Source: Lingula anatina (lineage: Eukaryota > Animalia > Brachiopoda). Taken from it: a DNA stretch of 64,000 nucleotides. This document shows, one piece after another, positions 37,311-49,400 of this stretch (positions within the stretch are counted from its first letter, which is position 1; each line of letters starts with the position of its first letter). A model generated the notes under the pieces. The model had not been told where the DNA came from. It saw only the letters and a program-made list of their open reading frames with translations, and did no database searches. Position numbers and translations under genes: made by a program. Where the stretch lies: contig CM120646.1 in the NCBI GenBank assembly GCA_051362555.1, positions 14,632,001 through 14,696,000 on the forward strand, in the 5' to 3' direction.

Positions 37311-40300
37311 GATGGGTCCATATTGTATGTGCCCTGTACATTCCTGGGGTTGCCTTTGGTGACGTTGATAAGCTGAGTCCAGTGACACTATTTGAAATGT
37401 CCTATTCTGTGTGGGGAGCCAAGGTAAGACTTATAACCATTATATGGATTTTAGCATTCTTATGATCTGATAAGGGGAAAGAGAAGTAGTTTTACAGGAT
37501 ATGTTGTCAAAATAAATTTTGACACTGTATTTGTGATTAAATTAAGTGTGGTGGCCCATTAGTAACTTAAGTTTTTATATTGATTAAAAAACGTTATTAC
37601 TTTGGGGTGTTATCATGGTAGAATTATAAATTTACTTTTAAAAAGAGGCTTCTGTTTAGGCGTGTAGTATCTGTGAAGATGAGAGGTTTGCCAGAACTGG
37701 GGTGTGTATTAGCTGTGACGCTGGCATGTGCCGCACCTATTTCCATGTAACATGGTAAGTTGAAACTGGTGCTCCATGGTAAGTAACTGGTAGCATTAAT
37801 TTTATTTTTAAACGTTATCCTTAATTTACATTCTGTGAAATGTCATGGTTTTATCCCAAAATGTACAGCCCTATTGCATTGAAAAATTATCTGCCTGTTT
37901 TTTTCACGACAGATTGTTGAAAGAATGCCAGGTGGTTAACGTGCTGAAAATTGATTCCTAAGTGCATTCCTAAGTTGCTTTTCTGTGCCAAAACCTCTGG
38001 GAAACCAGGGTCTTGAAATACACTGATCCAAAGCAGAAATAGTGATCAAATAGTACTGGGATTATATTTTCAAATTTTTACTGGCCTGATTTCAATTTCA
38101 CTGGCATTTGGTGTGGAGTTCAATATTAAATATTGCAGACTGATTGTCATATCATAACCTTTGGAATAAACAGTTAAATAATGGTATCATTCTCTTTGAA
38201 GTGCCCAGAGGCAAGGCTTGCTGTCTGAAGCATCCCCAGATGAGGCAAGTATATCATAGGAAGCCAAGTAGAACAACAAGTTTTCATTTAACTAAAAGTC
38301 CTTTATTATGAATTCCGACCTGAAAATGCCCAAGTCTGAGTCACCAGCTGGTGTATGCCATGCAGGCTATGGCTAATGGAGCTTAAACTAACACTTGAAC
38401 AAAGTATCTAGATAACAATTTTTATAAAGGAGGCATCTCTCTCACTTAACATAATCATGTAACAAAAGTAATAGAGTTGTTTCAAGTTTATAAAATATGC
38501 ATGTGTAATGCCAGTCAGTTCTCCTCCCACATATTAAATTATATATAAGCTTGATTAGTCCCGCAAAAAACTTGTTTCCTCATGAACTCAAATAATGAGG
38601 ACCTTTTAAGGGCACTTGTAAAAAAAATAAAAAAATATCAAAAGGCAGTTAAAATCTAAATTACTGGGTTAACTACATAGTTAACAAGCGGGAGAAATAT
38701 GCAAAATAAATGCAAGAATTGTATTTGCAGTAGCTGTAAATTATAAGAGAGTGATTTCAAATATTTCTGTTTTTATTTTTCAAATGTACATATAATTGTT
38801 CTGTGATTCTTTTGTTAGAGTAATATGAACAAAGCATTATATTTGGATGAGGGTGCATGCATATAACCTATCACTTATTTCAGTGGAAACAGTCAGATTA
38901 CCCATCTCCTTCACTGTAAAGTGGTATTTATTACAAAGTTAAAGATAATCTGAAAGATGATCTGAAATAATTGTTTTATGTAAGAAAAGAACTTTGCCCC
39001 TGGCACTTAAATCTGAGTTTAAATCTTCATGTTTCCAAAGACTAATCTAACACTACCGTATTTACTTGATTAAAAGTGATCTCACTTATAATAAAATTGC
39101 TGTTGTTACTTATTATTTAAAAAATCGGCAGTTTTCAAAGCAGCCTGTCGTATTTTCCATTCCAGGACATTGCAGATCCCTTTTATGCCTACTGTAAAGT
39201 GCATGCAGATAAATTTAGCGTCAAAGCCAAGAAACGTAACTGGTTGGCCATTCAGTCCCGTGTTAAACAACATGCTGAAGAAGGCAAAAACCTGGACAAC
39301 AAAGAAAAGGTTGGACCATATAAAGTTAGTTCATTGTTATTTGTTTTCTTCTCTTAGAGGTTATTGCTGCCGCATCCTAAGCTTCAGTGCAACATATTGT
39401 TGCTCATGGCAACATAATATTTTTTATGATCATGGCAGGCTGGGGTTCTGTAGCTGCTGTTTTATTTTCGCTATATGGTGGGGGGGGGGGGGGGGGGAGC
39501 ATATTCCTACTACAAAATCTGCACATAGTTTGGTCAGAAATTGTTCTTGTGTCAGTATGTGTTTTCTGAAGCAGAGAAGATGTTTGTCAGTAAGTGCATG
39601 CTGCCTGTGCTTTTGCTTACTATTGACTGGTCTAAAATTGTCTTAAAGTTTGTCTTTGGGATTGAATATATCACCAGTGCTGTTCAAAGCTTGCTAAATT
39701 GTACTGAGATGATATTTTATGTTGTTTTGTATACGTGTGTAATATTTCTAATGATGTTGTAATGGGGTCATATGTATGTGGCTATTGTTATGAGCTGTTT
39801 GAGCTATCCCTCTTATATGCCTAATTAAAAAAGTGCATTTGATCAGATTTTTATTGTAAAACATCCATTCATTGTGCAACTCTGTTAACAACTTTTTCAA
39901 ATTTTTTTTTTTTAATGTTACAACTTCTTGTTCAAATATGTAATTTTTAAATGTTATCCTCATAATAATTTCTCCTCTTTTTTCACAGCTGAGGGTTGAG
40001 AGAAAACTAAGAAGGCACAGGCAGAAGTTTTTAGCTGCTAAGGCCAAAAGACCACCACCATGGGGTAAGAAAAATATCCAGCGACCCTTAATGCTTATAA
40101 TAAAGCTAGTCTAACAACATAACATCCCAAGTAGCGATACTGCCACTTGACTTCCCAAGCAAGGGAGAGCGGACTGGAAAATGAAAACATTAAAAAAAAT
40201 GTACAACCAACGTGAATATGATGTTTTAGTGAAAAAGATCTATGTATAGTACCTCCGTTCTTCAGGTAAAAGGTTTGGTCAGGTTAGCGCCACAGGGGTG

Positions 40301-40369
40301 CTACATGTAGCAGCAATCCTGATAAAACGGTTGTAAAGTCAGCATGTTTTTATCACTTGATTTTGTTCC

Positions 40370-40400
<31 letters not shown>

Positions 40401-43400
40401 TTATTTTTTAGTTCCAAAAGAAAAGATTCCACGTTTTCTGACAACAAGCCCTGCAGCTGTGAGGAGAATGATGAAGAAAGCGGAGTTGCTGGGAATCAAT
40501 CCACAGGTAATATTTGCAAGGTCTGACAAAAGAAAAAAAAGAGTTCAGGTGTTGAGAAATGATACAGGAAACCTTAGGTGAGTTGAGCTGGAATTTCGCC
40601 AATACATCATCTCATTCAATTATCACAGAGATGGTTGAGTTTTTTTAATGCATATACTTCAACATATCAGCTCAAATTAGGCTTATATGACCAACTGTCT
40701 GCCACTGAGCATGGGTGTGCATCTTGCTGCCACCTATTTAATCTGGCCAGTCTAAGATGGAAGTGACAAGTAAAGGACAGTCCATATAGGCTGGTAGAGA
40801 AATCGATGTATAATAAGTACTGTCAACTGGTTTTAAGCTGATTTTCTATATTCTTCTTCTTATTATTATTATTGTAACAGTTATAAATAACATTTTCATT
40901 CTATCCAACCACAAATATTTAATATATTTCTGCAGCATACGGAATAAGAATGCAGTTTGGTGCTTAACTAAAGATACGCTGCTTAACATTTCTGGTATTG
41001 TGATAAGAAAAATATTTCAGGTTCCTAATTCTGCCTGCAGTAAAGGAGAGCACAAAACTAGATGGCATATTGCCCCAGCTTTATCAGCGGAGTTTGCCAG
41101 TTACTATTTGGGTAAGGTTTCCATTTTTAAGAATTCAGAATTATATTACATGATGCTGCATTTTCTAACCTTGAGCAAGATTTTACATTAAAAGTTTTTT
41201 TTATAATGACAAATTCTAAAATAAAAGTCACTTTTATGAGTTTAGCAATATATTTTTTGACAATTTTCCATGTTTTTACAACGTGCTTGCCCTCTATTCA
41301 AAGTGATAATGTGTGGGATAACTTCAGCTATAACTTCTTTATTTCTTTCTTTTGTTCATATTTAAGTGTAAATCACTCTGTTTTTGGAAAACTGCTTTCG
41401 GACATTAAACAATAAAATGTCCTTTTTTTAGATCGTAATGTTAAGATGTCCAACATTAAAACTCAGATGAAAGAACTTCTTGTTCAAAACAACAAACTTC
41501 AGGATCAAGAAAGAATCCTAAGGCTCCAATATGATCAGGTATGAATACCATTAAATTCCCTATCAAAGATGCTGTACTTTATAAGCTGTTTAAATGTAAT
41601 ATTGAAAAAATAAGCTATAAATTGTGAGGCAGCTTGATCACGTTTATTGAGGATAACAAGTAAAAAAAAAAGTGTGGTCTTTACTTACACCTTTTTCTTT
41701 GGAAATAGGTATCTAGTGATGGGAAACAGCTAAATGCCATTAACAGTCGCCTGAGACACGAAGCTGAAAAACTGCAGAAGATTCTTGGAGATATATTGGG
41801 CAAGGTACGAACCGTTCCTCTGTGTTATTCAGCATTTAGTGCTTGGTTAGAGAAAAAAAGCTTGAAGAGGTGTGAGATCCTGTGGCTTGGGCCTTGCAAA
41901 GATCTAAGGCTCCAAATAAAATAACAAAATTTTTGAATATGGTTTGCATTTACTCTCATTTCATGGGTTTTACTGTTTTTAAAATCTGAATTGGGAAAGG
42001 TGCCTTAAAAACAGTGCTGATAACAGTGCTAAACGTTCTGTAAATATCTTGCATCAAAATTGATCAAAATCCCATTTTGTGGAATGTCTCAGTGACTGTC
42101 AAAACCATAAAATGAAAAATTGTGTTACAATATTTTCGGACTTACAAGAATGATTCTAATGACTCATTAGCTGCTCTAGTTTGAAAGCCTGTCTGATTAG
42201 ATATTTTTTTCTTTTCATGAAATGTAATTTTTTGTGGATTTTTCATTTTTGGCATACTCAAGGTATAATGTGAACTGCCATGGGTCTGAAACCCAGTAGT
42301 AGCTACATTTTCTGAATGGCCACAGTAACAGTGACCTACTTAATTAACAATTGATGGCAATTATGCTGTTTAACAGTTTATGTAATGTTGCAAATGATTA
42401 CTGCAGTAAAAAAAGTCACATGTTCAGAGGAGATGTGTGTGTAAAAACAATATATTTGTTCCACAAACTATGATAGACATCACTTCCTCACATGAATGTT
42501 ACTCCCAGCAAAATAATAAAAAACACTTTCAACCCACAGGAGGTGGTTTTGCAGTGAAGGGTTTTAAATCTACCATCTCATTTTGATAGAATACTGGATT
42601 GTCAAGGCACATGTCACTTTTGATATTTGGTTAACAAGATAAGGATAAGGAAAGGCAGAACATAATGAATTTTAAATGAAATCTACAAACAGTTTGGTTT
42701 TGAGTTTATGAATTTTTGATGAAAAATGTTAAGCTTGACTACCATATCCTGTAAGACAGTCTTTTCCTCTTTGTTTTCGTAGTGAAAAGACAGCGTTGAT
42801 ATCTTATTGACAATTTTGGGTGATGTTACATATTTTCCCAATTTTATGATTGCAGAAACTACCCGTGCCAGAGGTTTTGAAGCCCAAGAAAGTGATAAGG
42901 TCACCTACTCGAAGAGAGACGCCTCGCTCTCCACCACCCATCATACATCCGTAAATATACATAAAAATAATTTTATTTCTTTGGTGTTCAGTTGAAAACC
43001 AAATGCAAGGAATTAATGTTCATCAGTTCATCTTTTATTCAAATTAATTGTATTTGAGCAAAGTGTAAGTTCTTTTTAGATGTGAGTTTTGTAAGTTCAT
43101 GAAAAGGTGTGCTCAAGTTCAATATGAAACCCACTAGATTTGACATGTATATTTAATTAGGTCAACATGAAATACTTTGTGTGTAGATTCTAGATATTGT
43201 GATTTTGGTCATATATTAAGTAAAATTTACATTTATTGGGTTGTTTAAATTGCTACTCAAAAAGCAAAATTATGAAGTGCACAACAGACACAGGATTAGT
43301 CCGCGCAACACTTGAAAAGCTCTCTTGGTCCCATTCTTATGCCTGTTATTGGTTTTATTAATGATAAGGGGTTTAAACACAAGCCACGGAGACATGTTCT

Positions 43401-46400
43401 CTTACCCACCGTAACTCTCCCTGACTCTGTTTAGGCCTCCCATTGTGAGCAGTACATAGCAACATAAATAGAAAAATGCTGCTGTACCTGGAGATTAATC
43501 AACCACTTTATATAAAATATATGGATCTATTCATACCTACCTTGAAGTAATATTTATCAGCAAAGATGTCTTTCTAATGAAATAATGTTAAAAACACAAA
43601 TTAACGTTTCATGTAGTGAAAATATTGAAGTGTGAGTTTGACTTTTCCTATACGATTAACACTAATTTACACAGAACAAGTTCAATCTCGCCTATACAAT
43701 TAACACTTTTCTCAATTCCATGCAATTAACGTTGACAAAATTTCAGCTGTTTATTTGATGTTACAGTAGCATTCCAGGCCTGTAGCCAAGGAGGTTTGAG
43801 GGTTCAAAAGAACCCCCTTTTTTGCAAGGAAAAGGACCACTCTGGGTTCCGTAATTTGATCTTGGCAAAAAAAGGCTTCATGACAAAAGGTCCACATTTT
43901 CAGAAAAAGACCCCCCCCCCTTTGTAATTGCTGGCTATGGGCCTGCATTCTTCTAACTATATAGAGTGTCTAGGTAGGACCTGTAGGCCTACAGTCTTAG
44001 TGGACCTAGGGTCAGATTTACTATTTGCAATTTAATTGAAGGTAATAGTGTGACCCATATAAAAAGCCACTGAGGTACATAAGCCGTTTACTAATATCTA
44101 TAGGCCAAAATTTCTTCTTCATTGCACATACCATATGTTTTAGTGCATCTCATATATCAGAGTATGTGCTGTATATATAAAAAAAAATCTATCAGATATT
44201 TTAAAAAGAAAACTGTGCAAGGTGGTATTGTATGGTGCAATGGGAATAAGATGAAGTTGCAAGAAACATAAAAAAACACAGCAGCTCATAATAGACAGAC
44301 TCTGTGCATTATACACTTTTCATGGCCTAGAATGTGCATCAAGATCAATAAAATAAAGTAAAGTATTGACAGAGGTTAATTTAAATTAAAACTCAACTGG
44401 TCTATAATGAAATAATCTAACTAATTTCTCTTAACAAGATGGGTGATACAAGCATGATCCACACATCAAGGTAATAAATAATAGACATAATCTTAGCAAG
44501 ATAAAGGAGCCATGTGTCCTCAACCAACAATACTAGTTTTATTTGGTTACATAATTGCTGGGGGTAGGTTTGGAAAAAATTTTGGGGGGGGGGGGATTGC
44601 ATAGCCCCAGAGTGAACAAGCCAGTCCTTGTGAAACAACAGATTTTGTTGGGGATATTTCTTTCACAAATCCTTATTACTAATTAACAATTGCACCCAGA
44701 TATATGATTCTGTGTAGAATCATTAGCTAAAAGATATAAGTGTAAATCCAGTGTAATGCATTGTACTAATTGACTGGGGAAAATGTGTGAGGCTCAAGAA
44801 TTTTTGAGCTCCCCTCACACTTGTCATGGCACAATTGTAGAGCTTTCATGCATATACAAGAAAGCCACTCCCAATAGTTGTTAGTAGTAACAGTAGGTCA
44901 ATACACTTCAAATGCAGCAACTTTGTATGATCAAATTGTCAGTTACTAAGTCATCTTCACCTGGGTTCACACTAGTGTTAAAGTTGTCTTATTGTATACA
45001 CTATAATTTGTTTAAAGAAAATGTTTAAGAAATATCCCTTAAGGATGTTGTGACCCTTTGCCCAAAACTCCTTGTTTATTGCCTTGCATACATTCATTTG
45101 GGTAATAAATAAATCTTCAATGATCAGGATGATAATAAGGGAAAACAATATCCTTAAAGAAATTGACAATGTATCCATCAACATCTAGCCATCCAGACTT
45201 TCCATTTTCAGGTGTGGGATCTGCAAGACCAGCCGTGACCAGCACCTGCTTGCAAAGTGTGACTCTTGCAAAAATCATTACCATCTGGGCTGTCTCGATC
45301 CACCTCTCACCAGGATGCCCAAGAAGACGAAATTACAGGGCTGGTAAGTCCCTCCCACAATGCCCTTGGATGTTCCCACAATGCCCTTGGATGTTCCCAC
45401 AGTGCTCTTGGATGTGCTTTTTAGTTATGACATTAAAGTGAGCCTTGCTGATTAATCAATGGTGTCATGACTAGTAATGATTATGTACAGACACAGATGT
45501 GTCTGTACATATTGCCATCACCTGTGTCTGTCGTCGCCGATGGCGATGCCGATGCCGATGCCGATGCCGATTCCGATGCCGTGCACTTTCCTTGTAAACA
45601 CGATAAGTGGAGGGCAGTTTTACTTTTTGGCTTTATATTTACAGAGCTGATGAATATTCATAAAACGCAGGTCAAGTTCGAAAATCAGCATGATCGGGCC
45701 ATTATTGTAGAAGTTATGCTGTTTTTTCACTTTTCAGCATATTTTTCACATTTCCTCAGATTCAATTCTTAGGCATGTTAACAGTCTCATTATTAAACTA
45801 ATAAGATACGTAAAAGTTTTTGTTTGACATTTCCTGCATCTTTACAACATTGTTAGTTGATTTTGTAAAAATGATGGTAAACTTGTTATCGTGTATTGTG
45901 TAATAAAGTTTCAAAAATGGAAATAAACTCATATCATTGCAGTTTGTCAGATTCAATCATTCACTATGTTCAGAATCTCAGAATGGAAGAAATTGGACAT
46001 TTAACACTGCTTTATTGATATTTTTCCCATCTCATCAATTTTCTTAGTTGATCATATAAAAATGGCATTAAACTGTTAATTTTGTTTTATGTTAAAAGTT
46101 GTTAAAAATGGAAAAAAAAAACATTTCAGAACAGTGCTGTCTTGTTTACATTTTGGCATTTTCAAGTTGTGACTTTGAAGTTCCATGGGCCTGAAGACCT
46201 TTGCTAGTCACATTTTCTGAATATCCATGATACTAATATTTTATTATTAAAAATTGATGGTCATTATGCTGTTAAACATTATGTAATATTGCATCAAAAT
46301 TTGAAAAAAACTATTTTGGGCACTGCTCCCATGATGACCATTTAAGAAAAACCATGTCACTTACTGTTCTCAAACAGTACAGTAAATATATATATATATA

Positions 46401-49400
46401 GATGTGTCTGTACATATTGCCATCACCTGCGTCTGTCGTTGCCGTCATCGCCGTCACCGGCGCCGTGCACTTTCATTGTAAACACGATAAGTGGAAGGCA
46501 GTTTTACTTTTTGGCTTTATATTTACAGAGCTGATGAATATTCATAAAACGCAGGTCAAGTTCGAAAATCAGCATGATCGGGCCATTATTGTAGAAGTTA
46601 TGCTTTTTTTTCACTTTTCAGCATATATGGAACACTGTAAACACATTCCAAGGAAAACCGATAGGCCTGTTGTCATGAAACTCACAGGAGTAATCTATCT
46701 TACTGAAACGCAGGTCAATTCGAAAATCGGCATGATCAGGCCACTATTTTAGTAGTTATGCTTTTTTTTTTTCACTTTTCAGCATATATGCAACACTGTA
46801 AACACAATATACGAAAAACGGATAGGCCAATTGTCATTAAACTCACAGGAGTGGCCAATCCTGCTAAAACGCAGGTTGAGTTAAAAAATCAGCATAATCG
46901 GGCCATTATTTTAGAAGTTATGTTGTTTTTTCACATTTCCTCAGATTCAATTCTTAGGCATGTAACAGTTTCATTATTTAATTAATAAGATATTAAAAGT
47001 GTTTGTTTGACATTTCCTGCATCGTTACAACATTGATAGTTGATTTTGTAAAAATGATGGTTAATTTGTTATCGTGTATTGTGTAATAAAGTTTCAAAAA
47101 TGGAAATAAACTCATATCATTGCAGTTTGTCAGATTCAATCATTCACTATGTTCAGAATCTCAGAATGGAAGAAATTGGACATTTAACACTGCTCTATTG
47201 ATATTTTTCCCATCTCATCAATTTTCTTAGTTGATCATATAAAAATGGCAGTAAGCTGTTAATTTTGTTTTATGTTAAAAATTGTTAAAAATGAAAAAAA
47301 AAAACATTTCAGAACAATGCTGTCTTGTTTACATTTTGGCATTTTCAAGTTGTGACTTTGAAGTTCCATGGGCCTGAAGACCTTTGCTAGTCACATTTTC
47401 TGAATATCCATGATACTAATATTTTATTATTAAAATTGATGGTCATTATGCTGTTAAACATTATGTAATATTGCATCAAAATTTGAAAAAAACCTACTTT
47501 GGGCACTGCTCCCATGATGATCATTTAAGAAAAACCATGTCACTTACTGTTCTCAAACAGTACAGTAAATATGTACAGATGTGTCTGTACATATTGCCAT
47601 CACCTGCGTCTGTCGTCGCCATCAGTGCCGTCACCGGCGCCTTGCACTTTCATTGTAAACACGATAAGTGGAAGGCAGTTTTACTTTTGGGCTTTATATT
47701 TACAGAGCTGATGAATATTCATAAAACGCAGGTCAAGTTCGAAAATCAGCATGATTGGGCCATTATTGTAGAGGTCATGCCTTTTTTCACTTTTCAGCAT
47801 ATTTCACATATTGGCATTTTCAAGGTGTGACTTTGAAGTTCTACATGCTTGAAGACCCATGCTAGTCACATTTTCTGAAAATCCATGATACGTATATTTT
47901 ATTATTAAAAATTGACGGTCATTATGCTGTTAACCAATATGTAATATTGCATCAGAATAGAAGAAAACAATTATGGGTGCTGCTGCCATGATGACCATTA
48001 TGGGAAAACCATGTTACTTATGATTGCCAAATGTTCAAAAAAGAAATGCAGGACTAAAATGCAGCCTGAGTTGGAAAAGTAGTCTAATTGGCTTCTTTTT
48101 CTGGAAGTTATACATTTTCAAAGTGTGAACTTGAACTCCCATGGGCCTGAAGCCTTATGCTTGTTACACATTTTACTTACATTGGTATTACCTGTTGAGC
48201 ATAATTAAAATTTGATGTTGAATTTGCAGTTTAACACAATGTACTTTTGCATCAGAATTGACAGTAGCCTATTTTGTGCATAGTTATTTCCTGCTTTTTG
48301 TCTGTACATTTGACAGCTTTGCTGCCTTGTTTTTTTTTTGTGATATATTTGTGTATTTGTTTGTCTTTATTTATTTATTTATTTATTTATTTATTTCTCA
48401 TATCAGGCAGTGTTCCGAGTGCGTGGATTCCAGTAATGATGACTCTGAGAACATGGGAATAGATTCCAAGGCACCCATGCGACTGCGAGACAAAATCAAA
48501 GCTCCAGTCAAGTTCACCCCGCCTCATTTGCAGCCAGACTTCTTCAAGAATAAGGTAAGAGAAATGTTAACTCTACTGTTGAATAGATTTTATTATATAT
48601 GATTTCAGTCATAGTGACTGTCAAGGCTTTAATCATGCAGTCACTTGCTCACTTATATATAATTATATAGATATAATTGCAGGTTTTTAAAATGTAGATT
48701 GTACAATTCACATTCTTTCTGTTATTTCTGAGCATTATTTTGTGTTAACAGAGAGACAAGAAAAAATACCCGAAGTCTAAAAAGAAAATCCCAGCTAAAC
48801 GAAAACTGGAGGAGGGGGAAGAAGAGACCACAAAAGATGAACCTAAATCTGAAGATGTGCAGCCAGTAAGTATATATTGAGACTTTTAGTCAATGATGTA
48901 TTTACATGTACGTTTAACTTGATAGTAACAGCTATGCTATTTCGCTCTTTTTGTGCCAGGTTTATAGCATCCAGTATATCTATTTTATGTTTGACCTAAT
49001 TTTAAATGTTATAAAAACTGGAGTTTCTGCAACTGGGAATAGACTAATTGGCACCATCTAAGGTGGCCTAAAAAGAGGCTGACTGCATTGAATGACATCA
49101 CAAGAGACTGCAAAAGGGTAAAAATTTGCATGAAGTGGAGTTTACTTTTTTAAAAGTCCCAAGGGTGAAACTGCTTCAAGAATATTATCTTAAAGATCAG
49201 AACATAAATGACCCTAAATTCGAACCATTGTGCATAACAGCAACAAAATTATCCAGGCATGTATAAATTCTTTCAGCTTTTATCCTGTGTTTTACTGCAC
49301 TCCCTAGCCTGTTTTTTTTTACTGACCCAACTGTCCAACAAATCCCATGTTGACTGCAAGCAAAATGAATATAACAACTACAACCTTGTGTTAACCCAGT

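Noticed and set aside
40507-40577. Extended PHF14 exon 12 using the downstream donor TAG|GTGAGT
   Set aside because: It would end in phase 2 and frameshift the next conserved exon.
45467-47830. Three similar ORFs beginning MCLYILPSP as a small gene family
   Set aside because: They are translations of the intronic tandem repeat units, with inconsistent ends.
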